Source: Nitrospirales bacterium | GTDB lineage: Bacteria; Nitrospirota; Nitrospiria; Nitrospirales; NS-4 | NCBI GenBank assembly: GCA_030648395.1 | Contig: JAUSHW010000201.1 | Coordinates: forward strand, 1,046 to 65,045 | Length of the DNA stretch: 64,000 nt | Reading direction: 5' to 3' | Shown here: one piece after another, positions 42,501-48,763 of the stretch | How positions within the stretch are numbered: position 1 is the stretch's first letter | Layout: every line of letters begins with the position of its first letter | The notes under the pieces: generated by a model | What the model was told of the DNA's origin: nothing | Seen by the model: only the letters and a program-made list of their open reading frames with translations | Databases searched by the model: none | Program-made: the position numbers and the translations under genes

Positions 42501-45082
42501 TTGCGAAGTTCGTCGCGGCCGTTAAGGAGACCGTCGCCGATCTGCACGATGACCTGAATCCCGTCCTGCACGAGGAGATGTTCCACGCCCGCGCGGCCCA
42601 GGCCACGACCGACTTCCTGACCGATGAACTCGAGCCGCTGGTGAAGGACCTCGCCCTGCGCCAGGGGACCCAGGGCGGCCTGAACGCCTACCTGCACGCG
42701 CGCCACGCCGCGGAGGCCAACGCGCGCCTGAAGACGCTCAATCCCAAACTCGAGAAGAACGAGGCCCTCTCGGGCATGTCCGACACGGAGGCGCGGACGA
42801 TCCTCGACGATACCGCGAACGACAAGTACGCCGCCCTTGCGCTCAAGATCGACGCGATCGTCAACAAGACCCGCGACCTCATGGTGAGCTACGGCCTGGA
42901 ATCCGAGGCCCGTGTCGCCGAGTGGCGAACCCTCTACCAGCACTACATCCCGCTTCGGCGCGAGGGGCACGAGGAGGAGGGGATCCCCACCGGCACCGGG
43001 CGCTCCGTCCGCGGCTCGATGGTGAAGGAGCGCCTTGGATCCACCGCCGCGGTGGACGAGATCCTCGGCAATCTCGCCCTGGCGCGCGAGGCCACGATCA
43101 CCCGCGGCGAGAAGATGCGCCCGGTCATTGCAATGGCTGGCCTCCTGATGGCGCACCCCAACAAAGAGATCGCGCACCTCGCGAAGCCGGCGCCGATTAC
43201 CATCATGAATCCGATTACCGGACTACCGGAGGTCCTCCCGGGCGACCTCGGGGACTACAAGGTCCCCCGCGTCCGACGGATCGACCCGGCCACTGGGGTC
43301 GTCAAGGAATTCCCCGATCCCACCTATAAGGGGCGTGACAATGTCGTCAACTTCCGGATCAAGGGCGTCGACTACGCCATTATCTTCAACGAACGCAACG
43401 AGCGCGCGATGGAGATCGCGAAGGCGTTCAAAGATCTCGACACCGCCGCGCTGAATATCTACGTCGCGCAGGTCGCGAAGGTCACCCGCTGGATTGCGTC
43501 CGTGAACACCCAGTACAATCCCATCTTCGGGATCATCAACTTCGTCCGCGACGTGCCCTTTGCCATGCTCACGCTGACGAGCACGCCGCTGCACGGGAAG
43601 CAGGTCGAGGTCCTGGCGAACACCGTCAAACTCATGAGCGGGATCTACCAGGATGCCCGGGCCGTCCGTCGGGGGGAGCACCCAACCTCACCCGCGGCGG
43701 CCATGTGGGAGCGCTTCGAGCACGTCGGCGGACCGACCGGCTACCGGGACCTCTTCACCACCGCCGGGGATCGGGCGAAGGAGATCGAGAAGCTCCTCGA
43801 CCCCTCCACGCTCCGCATGGCCTGGAACGCCGGCGGCGGGAAGGCCATCGCCGACTGGCTCTCGGATTACAACAAGACCATGGAGAACGCCGTCCGCCTG
43901 GGGGTCTTTAAGAGCGCCGTCGACATGGGGATCTCCGACATCCAGGCGGCCAGCTACGCGAAGAACATCACCGTCAACTTTAACAAGAAGGGGCAGATCG
44001 GGGCCTTCCTCGGCGCCCTCTATGCCTTCTTTAACGCCTCCATTCAGGGCGTCGCGCGCATTCACGAGACGCTCTTCGAGAAGGACAGCCTGGCCCTCAG
44101 CGCGATCGGGAAACGCGTCGTCGCCGGTGGCGTCGCCCTCGGCGTCATCCAGACGGTCGTCCTGGCGCTGGCCGGGTTCGACGACCAGGAGCCCCCGGAG
44201 TACATCAAGGAGAAGAACCTCGTCGTCCCGCTCCCGGGCGGGAAATACGTGAACATCCCCTACCCGCTCGGCTTCAACGTCCTCCCCTCGATCGGCCGGC
44301 TGACGATGGAGACGTTCATCTACGGGCGTCCTCTGGACCGGGCCTATAGCCTCGCGGCGACACTCGGCGGGGCCCTCTCGCCGGTCGGCGGGGCCGTCAG
44401 TTGGGCCCAGCTCCTGAGCCCCACCGTGACCGACCCGCTCGTCGCCCTGGGGGAGAACAAGGACTGGACCGGGAAGCCCATCTTCAAGGAAGACCGGGAT
44501 GCCCTGGCGCCCACCCCCGGACATAGCCGCCGGCGGGACACGGCGACCCCCTGGGCCATCTTCCTGTCCCGGGCGATCAACTACCTCAGCGGCGGGACGG
44601 AGTACAAGCCGGGGATTGCCAGCCCGACGCCGGACGCGATCGACTACCTCATCACCCAGGCCACCGGAGGCGTCGGCCGGGAGATCTCCAAGACCGTTCA
44701 GGTAGGCCAGGGACTCGTCACCGGAGAGGACGTCCCGGAGTACAAGGTGCCCCTCTACGGCCGTTTCGTCGGCGCGACCGAGGGCCTGGCGGCCACACGG
44801 GGGCGCTTCTACGAGAACCTCAAGCAAATTAACGCCCACGAGCTTGAAATCAAGGGGCGCCTGAAGGCGCACGAGCCGATCGGGGACTACCGCCTCAAGA
44901 ACCCCCTGACGCGGATGATCGACGCCGGCAATCAGACCGAGCGCGCCGTCCAGGAACTCGTCCGCCAGAAGCACCTCATGGTCAGGCAGGGCGCCTCGGC
45001 CGAGAAGGTCCGCCTCATGGAGGAGCGGATCGGGGCCATCATGGGCCGGTTCAACGCCCAGGTCCAAGCACTTAGTAAATAA
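33527..45082 (+). CDS. giant multi-domain 'polyvalent' virion protein (3,851 aa)
   Basis: Single uninterrupted ORF whose ATG lies immediately after the upstream TAA. Contains HELGH, two DGNHR ParB-like modules, a WFGDSKVVD..VVYHGT module, an IEEIQSDWHQ module, and a C-terminal TM region with PLYGRFVG (PLxRFG-like). It occupies the T7 gp16 / N4 gp50 position. Confidence 0.9.
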   Translation: MGDLNLSAFETPTAEPAEGLNLSAFEPASPPSSSDVLRGATTAIKQLPQLTYGLGAGLMATSQSLKEFVGQKYSGYAPQAGETTFDSDQLVKEYLVGKSRAWGEEIAKETKATDSLVTAYERASEGDYGALVDWMQYGIGYGGVQVLQMLGSAGVGSVFGKAALKEVTAQTAERLVTKASIGLAAESGGKLTGEALTKAAVEQVASKIGQYTALAATATGMEGGEILGGVAEQSVDEGRSLRGDELAKAWGATLAAGALEFVGDKFGLDLVTGKIGKFAGARGRLARGGILGAADAGVESGTEFTQTLVEEAGKGHDPFTLKAVRDAIDAAGLGAIMGGVVGGTSGALTPSAPPSITGTVPPLPKSGTGEEPPPEPPIIPPDAVEAATASIVPPLPGILDLTRERDDAKLIVQEIAERVNHLESIGLGVPNFLRDELEAANERFRNLKAEQATVVEIPTSVLAAPDVASAITQAQAFVDNRPAAPAGENLPFSRSETFQSALESHIGSEAYTEATHAGDQAALIAAVRNATGFDDAGGLPTLHGLPLRAVAPERLPDTADTPGQLTRGQYDAANLFLGLFGKRAVVFEDHPAMAGFVAPEGGDQSIVFLGSRSESHPLAVVAHELGHLLEGTEAYRAFQAVLLENLDPEAKLAARERHTTAKTDLELFNEISADVKGDAMTDPAFMTKLVARMREKLGDEETKVQARTFLDVIRDVIAKFTERIGIRMSDDYLPYITNLEKIHDALAIAVAEAYLKGTTPTAEKGKLKLSERQTGEGAREVVHPEAVEKFSGLASAQRDKPEAAMLTVQMTHGGGVLNPVVEHVGDLTHRMSHHARHGTAYRAEVASKIERALAALTHPYGFEKEHAENLRNNARGWTKEGKPISTADLRKAVHAAMDEYAAEHRKLSVYNLPQWLAREAAVAVGERRWDDAIRRLKELHEIVKSADYDRQALAVNRDKKGTILTFEEIGEVLTDAEKLAQQKVSSEKETILSDNDLTPNGRQDDGKGGGFDLYTTTRELPVLTKNDLYPHAAIPKGGTVSRQTLEASGYRLADDLLNSLSKIQLAPRKHPEHKRTSEGKYVGAPPAVVSPAKLTKLREILKGLAKEGKAGRFWHEKSSHAILDLAEGNRNLAEKIVGLIAIYSPRQGILGNMTSALTAYYQWANGKPITTPGRSGLEPAYRAEAWMHESATEETITGIKRSNFYKNLMRVINPAALGTEAQGVTVDMWIARAMGYFKTTVGKAQYLFTEREIKHLASTLGWEPQQAQAAVWVAVRSRIQAPVERDGVMTTLYEATRKDAVTRGWLERVTNYSKSGQAYTHHKAVDAERGRAFERLLLQRALKLDSVEIDSLDFSDALKQRTAQISWEATPGKTSLILPGIHGATLGQQAEYLAAVDAALRGDYGQDLIAEKLNLAGANTIFGPGAWQGNITVGAQTRTAIGLQTDADGLQRVSDDARALINLYADIRGYTMSQEGVYWAYPFYEETKAKANGVRLLFGRALDTTEMGSLYRAIMDVAGHDEWAPAYTEDGAFILNFKTEDHLAFQKTIKEAVGRLPDELSATMKTFRSDGDARMNDWKESPHGESYRERIGAEGGPDVLQWSADLRQAVVGVNEHFSERYDWGNPGEAYPEAAEVETQQTDVSPSTGHDIRFAPRNFPVAYQRMADEYDAAPVLDKAAIPAWNALRDDTARRYKEILLKVHVERVTGQPYTDATSMIADIAKGSFKVTTDYSEHPVWTVEENVQFRVVHDYLGHFKTGYDFSLYGEQRAYAAHAELLTDPLAKQALKVEVYGQAAAAVSHDGVFQVQKIFLPKPDVRNFDAEWAAQSGGQKMAEERGLNMTGNEYLTRIERARATGIGQGRLPRDIRFAPRDATPPYGLKTLPKGAKVPRVQWDKDELRENEDALRDDYAQTGPNELEHTIYPTVYRAWVPMDDVPRARIADRAQDRAKGGYDWSEYKKTGVFPPVTIQLHPNGVATSLDDGNHRVRYWREHKFTHVPAWIVDFRPDSPARPGTLAEYKKQHPELKFAPRKQPVFYSALQKVLSERMPVSASGEQVKGILNAPGVKQDEIKWSGVLDYLEARKLKTISRDSLLAWLKKNEVKIVEVMKSGESAEDLPSLQEFKRDYYESEIVPEDPSYIEEETTRLRDMRRQDLEIEGGYTTEEIEDEVSKIEYEQDDYASEQETRHRTYPFRILGREVEFKVSVYDDVVPMTSGRKAKFLGDLKKDGTLEEDGYGPAFNRFSEANEAAYEYFVGKAKAQAEESAPKYPGSTLKGPNTDYRELLLTFEPALAKTIAERAKKLHNTLMGIHNQIAAAKDPGTTKKPSVEVLNLQRDADRIRREIQLAREKEPSKFTSSHWDEENILAHIRYDTRTDAAGKRTLFIEEIQSDWHQKGREEGYTKDTTGWTAKSLSEPEAGFTSWEIHDAAGNYITGIVGGSEESAIRKAAEGVPQAPFSKSWHELALKRMLRLAADEGYDQLAWTTGRQQNERYRLSKYVSRVVYDNGILNASDLSGRKVFAEEVSENDLAKHIGKEAAEKLIAMTPDEDGLRILEGLDLEIGGSGMVGFYDQMLPRFLDKYLKRWGVTVGTAVFDFVPSGQKKLYSTPSQNAAGVAHAIPITTEMKASVQGESQPQFAPRSKQTQTPEFKKWFGDSKVVDTQGSPLVVYHGTTNAAAIAQFELRGEAAAFHFTADPAYASKYAKGITSAAKAGNERSAAVLPVYLKIENPFFTWKGTDTYFLSPEKIKELAKHGFDGVIQSVLLAPPNPVNHARAVETASELVVFSPTQIKSATGNRGTFDSENPDIRFAPRKATPPYGLREDQLPHGAKVPNVDWNQEDLVAGIGELRRQTPKTLAKGYETIYSGIYGVRKGFTPIVSRAFVPVNRVPKEHISYEDEYMDEYDWQSLKDAATLPPATVVLFNNGPKLLEDGNHRVRHWREEGMTHIPAWIVDFRKGAKPVFAPRTAPTYTVPEPTRTDKVRRVLQDKNIDIAKFVAAVKETVADLHDDLNPVLHEEMFHARAAQATTDFLTDELEPLVKDLALRQGTQGGLNAYLHARHAAEANARLKTLNPKLEKNEALSGMSDTEARTILDDTANDKYAALALKIDAIVNKTRDLMVSYGLESEARVAEWRTLYQHYIPLRREGHEEEGIPTGTGRSVRGSMVKERLGSTAAVDEILGNLALAREATITRGEKMRPVIAMAGLLMAHPNKEIAHLAKPAPITIMNPITGLPEVLPGDLGDYKVPRVRRIDPATGVVKEFPDPTYKGRDNVVNFRIKGVDYAIIFNERNERAMEIAKAFKDLDTAALNIYVAQVAKVTRWIASVNTQYNPIFGIINFVRDVPFAMLTLTSTPLHGKQVEVLANTVKLMSGIYQDARAVRRGEHPTSPAAAMWERFEHVGGPTGYRDLFTTAGDRAKEIEKLLDPSTLRMAWNAGGGKAIADWLSDYNKTMENAVRLGVFKSAVDMGISDIQAASYAKNITVNFNKKGQIGAFLGALYAFFNASIQGVARIHETLFEKDSLALSAIGKRVVAGGVALGVIQTVVLALAGFDDQEPPEYIKEKNLVVPLPGGKYVNIPYPLGFNVLPSIGRLTMETFIYGRPLDRAYSLAATLGGALSPVGGAVSWAQLLSPTVTDPLVALGENKDWTGKPIFKEDRDALAPTPGHSRRRDTATPWAIFLSRAINYLSGGTEYKPGIASPTPDAIDYLITQATGGVGREISKTVQVGQGLVTGEDVPEYKVPLYGRFVGATEGLAATRGRFYENLKQINAHELEIKGRLKAHEPIGDYRLKNPLTRMIDAGNQTERAVQELVRQKHLMVRQGASAEKVRLMEERIGAIMGRFNAQVQALSK
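35393..35407 (+). other. HExxH zincin motif (HELGH) within the giant ORF
   Basis: Context: SESHPLAVVAHELGHLLEGTEAY. In frame (aa 623-627). Confidence 0.6.
39122..39546 (+). repeat. internal protein-level repeat 1: DIRFAPRxATPPYGL + ParB-like DGNHRVR(Y/H)WRE..H(V/I)PAWIVDFR
   Basis: Collinear with 41942..42391. DDGNHR at 39467..39484. Confidence 0.75.
41453..41935 (+). other. ART-like 'polyvalent' module (TPEFKKWFGDSKVVD...PLVVYHGT) inside the giant ORF
   Basis: This motif string is the hallmark I recall for the ADP-ribosyltransferase-like domain of phage/plasmid polyvalent proteins. The region is visibly more AT-rich than its flanks. Confidence 0.5.
41942..42391 (+). repeat. internal protein-level repeat 2 (PPYGL + ParB-like DGNHR)
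   Basis: PDIRFAPRKATPPYGLREDQLPHGAKVPNVDW ... LEDGNHRVRHWREEGMTHIPAWIVDFR. EDGNHR at 42314..42331. Confidence 0.75.
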
Positions 45083-45085
45083 CGC

Positions 45086-45114
45086 TTGACTTTTCCGCCG
45101 TCGTTTGCTATCCT
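45086..45114 (+). promoter_or_regulatory. sigma70-type promoter TTGACT-N17-TATCCT (with TG extension)
   Basis: Lies in the 53-nt gap after the giant ORF, upstream of 45136..45426. Confidence 0.5.
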
Positions 45115-45135
45115 GTACCCCAACCTGGAGGGCGT

Positions 45136-45426
45136 ATGAAGATCGGGCGCCACTATATCGGCAAGATCGTCGAAGTCCGCTGGCTCGATCCGAACTACGG
45201 AAAGTGCGACCTCGCCTCCTTGAAAAAAGGGCGCTCGGCGCTTGCCGTGTGGCGCGAGTTTGGCATGATCCACGACATCACCGACGGGGTGATCATCCTG
45301 GTCCACTCCTACGGGACGCTCAACGAAAACCCCGACAAGGACGACGAGGTCTGCTCGACGGCGCTCCCCGAGGAGCTCATTGAGTCCATCCGAGTGCTCC
45401 TCCCCGAACCCACGGAGATCAAATAG
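45136..45426 (+). CDS. hypothetical protein (96 aa)
   Basis: ORF track. GGAGGG RBS. Confidence 0.6.
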   Translation: MKIGRHYIGKIVEVRWLDPNYGKCDLASLKKGRSALAVWREFGMIHDITDGVIILVHSYGTLNENPDKDDEVCSTALPEELIESIRVLLPEPTEIK

Positions 45427-45427
45427 T

Positions 45428-46654
45428 ATGGCACAGAAAACCCTCACGGATGGTCAATGCCAGGAGGCGGTCGACGCCTACGCGACGCACGGAAACCATC
45501 CGGCTGCCGCGGCCTCATTACGAATCCCTGAGGCCACGTTCTATAATCGCTATCTACGAGCGAAGAACCTCGGATTCAAGCCCTCAAAAGGCGTGCAGGA
45601 TCTGGAGAATCCGAAGCACCTCCTCGCCCAGATCAAGGAGCTGCAGACCGATCTCAAGAAGGCCCAGGCGACGGAGATCAATCACGAGATTATCCAGTCA
45701 AAGATTATCGAGCTCAAGCACGGAATTGCTACCGTCACGCCGCCGACGTGGCTGCTCTCGAAGCGCGCCCCCAGCTCCTCCCCCGGTGTGCCCACCCTAC
45801 TCTGTTCAGATTGGCATGTGGGGGAGGTCGTCACCCCGTCGCAGATTGGCGGCGTCAATGCCTACAATATGACGATCTTCCGCCAGCGGGTCCGCGTGCT
45901 GCTCGACTCGACCATTAAACTCCTTCGCATCATCAGCCCGAAGATGGACTACCCCGGGATTGTCCTCCCGCTCGGCGGAGACATGGTGAGCGGGGATATT
46001 CACGAAGAACTGCGGGCGACCAACGAACTGCGGACGATGCCCACCGTCCTCGTCCTCTACGGCGTCCTCATGTGGCTGATCGACGAACTCCTGCAGCACT
46101 TCCCGGCCGTCTTCATTCCCTGTGTCAGTGGCAACCACGGGCGGGATACTATGAAAATTTGGAACAAGGACCGGAACGCTACCTCGTTTGATTGGCTGCT
46201 CTATAGTTTCCTCGCCAAGCACTACGAGGGGAATCCGCGCGTGATCTTTCAGATCCCCAACGGCCCCGATGCGTACTACAAGGTCTACCAACACCGGTAT
46301 TTGCTGACCCATCTGGACCAGTTCCGCGGTGGCGACGGGATGATTGGCGCCCTCGGGCCGATCATCCGCGGGGATCATAAGAAGCGCTCCCGGAACGCCC
46401 AGGTCGGTCAGGAGTATGACACCCTCATCGGCGGCCACTGGCACCAGCTCATTCAGCTCACACGCCTTATTGTGAACGGCTCCCTCAAGGGATACTGCGA
46501 GTACGCCTACGCGAACAACTTCCCCTTCGAGCCGCCACAGCAAGCCCTCTGGCTCACGCACCCTAAGTATGGGATCACGTACCGTATGCCGGTCTACGTG
46601 GAGACCACGCAACTCAATATCGCCCCCACGTCCTGGGTCAGTGTGCCGGCATGA
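45428..46654 (+). CDS. calcineurin-like metallophosphoesterase with N-terminal HTH-like region (408 aa)
   Basis: ORF 45380..46654 trimmed to MAQKTL. Motifs CSDWHVG, GGDMVSGDIH, SGNHG and GGHWH match the MPP signature D.H / GD / GNH / GH.H. Confidence 0.75.
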   Translation: MAQKTLTDGQCQEAVDAYATHGNHPAAAASLRIPEATFYNRYLRAKNLGFKPSKGVQDLENPKHLLAQIKELQTDLKKAQATEINHEIIQSKIIELKHGIATVTPPTWLLSKRAPSSSPGVPTLLCSDWHVGEVVTPSQIGGVNAYNMTIFRQRVRVLLDSTIKLLRIISPKMDYPGIVLPLGGDMVSGDIHEELRATNELRTMPTVLVLYGVLMWLIDELLQHFPAVFIPCVSGNHGRDTMKIWNKDRNATSFDWLLYSFLAKHYEGNPRVIFQIPNGPDAYYKVYQHRYLLTHLDQFRGGDGMIGALGPIIRGDHKKRSRNAQVGQEYDTLIGGHWHQLIQLTRLIVNGSLKGYCEYAYANNFPFEPPQQALWLTHPKYGITYRMPVYVETTQLNIAPTSWVSVPA

Positions 46655-47058
46655 CCGACGCCCAGGACCGCGAACGTGCCGGCAACCGCCTCTTTATCTG
46701 GCTCTGCATTGGAGTGATCTACGCCGTCCTCCTGTCCACCTGCTGGCAGCCGCAACCGGCCTTCGCCTGTGACCAGTTTCCCATCCTCGGCCCGGAGCAA
46801 CAGGTGGGCGAGCCCACGAATCAGGCTGACGGACTGGTGGTGGTCGAGTTCGATCGAGACGGGGACGGGGTCGTGGATCACGCCCTGCTGTTCCAGCGCG
46901 GATCGACGGGCACGATGCTGAAGTGGCCGCTCTTCTACGCCTACGGCAAGAAGGGCGCCCATCGTCTGTACGTGGATAAGGGATCCCCCCATCCCATGGG
47001 GCGCTGTGAGGATATCGTCCCGAAGGATCGGTACTACAGCCCGAAAGAGCAGGCCTAA
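46651..47058 (+). CDS. secreted or membrane-anchored protein with DxDxDG loop (135 aa)
   Basis: ATGA overlap. N-terminal hydrophobic helix LFIWLCIGVIYAVLL. DRDGDGVVD resembles an EF-hand-type Ca-binding loop. Confidence 0.5.
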   Translation: MTDAQDRERAGNRLFIWLCIGVIYAVLLSTCWQPQPAFACDQFPILGPEQQVGEPTNQADGLVVVEFDRDGDGVVDHALLFQRGSTGTMLKWPLFYAYGKKGAHRLYVDKGSPHPMGRCEDIVPKDRYYSPKEQA

Positions 47059-47063
47059 TAAAA

Positions 47064-47085
47064 AGGGCCAGCCGAGGCTGACCCT
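47064..47085. terminator. bidirectional stem-loop between convergent blocks
   Basis: AGGGCCAGC-cgag-GCTGACCCT (9 bp, one C.A mismatch). It is flanked by A5 on one side, giving a T-run for the minus-strand transcript, and by a weaker TCTCT tract for the plus strand. Confidence 0.55.
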
Positions 47086-47118
47086 TCTCTCCCTACTCTG
47101 TTCCCCGTCTACTCGACG

Positions 47119-47757
47119 CTATGGGCTAGTCTTCCCGGCCGGCCAGGATCCGCGAGAGAGCGGCGCCAGGCCGGCGTCCTCGAGCTCCTTCTGCAGAAGC
47201 GCCAGTACCCGCCAGGCCGCCTTCGCCGTATGCCGCGTACCGTCCGTGTCGATTGATCCGCGCTCCATGAGGTGACGGACGATCGTATCCGCCTCGTCGG
47301 TCGACTTGCCGCGCGCCCAGTGAATGGGTTCGCCCGGATTGTGCTGATCGTTCCCAATCTTCGAGACCTTCGCCACCTCCGCCAGCGCCGCCGGGAAGTA
47401 GTCCAGGCACCCGGTCATGAGCGGGATCGCCTTGCGCGCGGCCGCGTCAGTGGGAAGGACCGAAGGGGCGCCGACCTCTTGACCGTCAGGAACGCGAGAC
47501 CAGATCACTGGATCAGGGACGTCTAGGTTGCCACTTCTCGCGGTAGGTCCATCGCCGCGGCAGATATGCTCGAACGAGAAGACTACCATCTCCCCGCACA
47601 GGGGGCAAATCGTTGCGCTCATTTCGTACTCCCCCGCTTCGTCGGCCGCCCGCGCCGCAGTCGAATCGAGCGTGCGGCGGTCTCCACCGTCGGGCACCCA
47701 ACCGGACTGCAGTGCGACTCGTGGCTCTTCTTCCGCCGGCGATGGCACGCCGTGCAT
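47119..47757 (-). CDS. dATP/dGTP pyrophosphohydrolase-like domain protein (212 aa; alternative start 47622)
   Basis: The C-terminal half RKAIPLMTGCLDYFPAALAEVAKVSKIGNDQHN...DTIVRHLMERGSIDTDGTRHTAKAAWRVLALLQ matches my recollection of that phage family. CPLCG...C zinc-like N-terminus. Confidence 0.55.
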   Translation of the reverse strand: MHGVPSPAEEEPRVALQSGWVPDGGDRRTLDSTAARAADEAGEYEMSATICPLCGEMVVFSFEHICRGDGPTARSGNLDVPDPVIWSRVPDGQEVGAPSVLPTDAAARKAIPLMTGCLDYFPAALAEVAKVSKIGNDQHNPGEPIHWARGKSTDEADTIVRHLMERGSIDTDGTRHTAKAAWRVLALLQKELEDAGLAPLSRGSWPAGKTSP

Positions 47758-47770
47758 CGCATATTACTGA

Positions 47771-48031
47771 TCATGACCGCCTCCTCGTCACCCCTTTATG
47801 AATAACCATCGCGAGCAGCGCCCCGCAGGCCCCGCCGACGCCGGTCGCCAGCCCGAGCCAGACGGTATCCGCCCGCACAATCATCAGCACCATCGCCACC
47901 TCGAGTAACCCCATACCGATTGACGTCGGGATCACCCAGATGTATTCCTTGTGCACCACGTTCAGTTGCTGGAAGGCCTTCAGGAAAATGTAGGCAAAGG
48001 AGAAGACCGCCATCGTAACCCAGTAGTTCAT
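47771..48031 (-). CDS. three-TM small membrane protein (86 aa)
   Basis: ORF 47771..48265 trimmed to MNYWVTMAVFSFAYIFL. GGAAGGTGA RBS. Confidence 0.6.
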   Translation of the reverse strand: MNYWVTMAVFSFAYIFLKAFQQLNVVHKEYIWVIPTSIGMGLLEVAMVLMIVRADTVWLGLATGVGGACGALLAMVIHKGVTRRRS

Positions 48032-48198
48032 TCCGAGATCACCTTCCTGAGCGCCAGCAGATGCCCGCAGAACTTCACGATGGCCGGCATGGTATGGCGG
48101 CACACCATCTCCTGTTCGGCAAACAGCTCCTGGAATTCCTGTTGCGTCATGGTAATTTGAACGGGCTCCTTCGTGCCCGGGGCGTAGGTGCTCGTCAC
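48028..48198 (-). CDS. possible small protein (56 aa from GTG 48198, or 40 aa from ATG 48150)
   Basis: Hand translation: ...MTQQEFQELFAEQEMVCRHTMPAIVKFCGHLLALRKVISE. GTGA and ATGA overlaps with both neighbours. Confidence 0.35.
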   Translation of the reverse strand: MTSTYAPGTKEPVQITMTQQEFQELFAEQEMVCRHTMPAIVKFCGHLLALRKVISE

Positions 48199-48470
48199 TT
48201 CCGCGTCCGATCGGTCGACAGGCCGGCGCCCTTCCCGAAGCAGCGGTCGGAGATCCCCTTCGCATCCGCGAGCACGTCGGCCGAGTGACGACTGAAGGGG
48301 TAGGGATTGTTGACCTGGGAGCAGCTCACGAGGAACCCCTTATCGAGCTCCTCGATCAGGGCCGTGCGCTTCATGTTCAGCGCCGCCGCCGGCCTGCTCG
48401 CCACGTCCATGAGGAGCCAGCCGCCCCCGAAACTCACCACACCGATCACAGGGAGCCACCAGTTCTTCAT
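48195..48470 (-). CDS. N-terminally anchored small protein (91 aa)
   Basis: ORF 48195..48524 trimmed to MKNWWLPVIGVVSFGGGWLLM. ATGA overlap with 48467..48715. Confidence 0.55.
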   Translation of the reverse strand: MKNWWLPVIGVVSFGGGWLLMDVASRPAAALNMKRTALIEELDKGFLVSCSQVNNPYPFSRHSADVLADAKGISDRCFGKGAGLSTDRTRK

Positions 48471-48715
48471 GCCCGCACCGCCGGCTTCCCGCGGCGCAGG
48501 AGCAATCCCCGGCCACGATTCCATTTCTCAGCGCCACGATCGCGCAGTCTTGAGCAGGGCACCCAACGCACCCTGTCTGCACCACTCTTTCGGTGTGCCG
48601 CCCTGTAGCCCTTCGGGAACGTCGCGCTTGCCCGAGGTTCCCGAGGAAACACCGGCTCGCACGAGAGAAGAAACTTGAAGAATCCGACATCCCCAATTGC
48701 TTTTAATCCCGCCAT
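48467..48715 (-). CDS. hypothetical basic protein (82 aa)
   Basis: ORF track. GAGGGA RBS. ATGA coupling to the next gene. The Arg-rich composition lowers confidence. Confidence 0.4.
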   Translation of the reverse strand: MAGLKAIGDVGFFKFLLSCEPVFPREPRASATFPKGYRAAHRKSGADRVRWVPCSRLRDRGAEKWNRGRGLLLRRGKPAVRA

Positions 48716-48737
48716 AGGTCCCTCACTTTCAAACGCA

Positions 48738-48749
48738 ATGGTAGCACAC
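48738..48749 (-). promoter_or_regulatory. extended -10-like box GTGTGCTACCAT (minus strand)
   Basis: Lies in the 48-nt gap between the helicase stop and 48715. Confidence 0.35.
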
Positions 48750-48763
48750 CGCTCATATCCGTG

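Noticed and set aside
33527-45082. Giant ORF as an N4-type virion RNA polymerase
   Set aside because: Size, position and the N4-like capsid make this tempting. However, I could not spot T7-like RNAP motifs. The recognisable pieces (HExxH, ParB-like x2, WFGDSKVVD/YHGT, PLxRFG-like) fit polyvalent effector proteins, and sigma70-type promoters occur throughout. A profile search is needed to exclude it fully.
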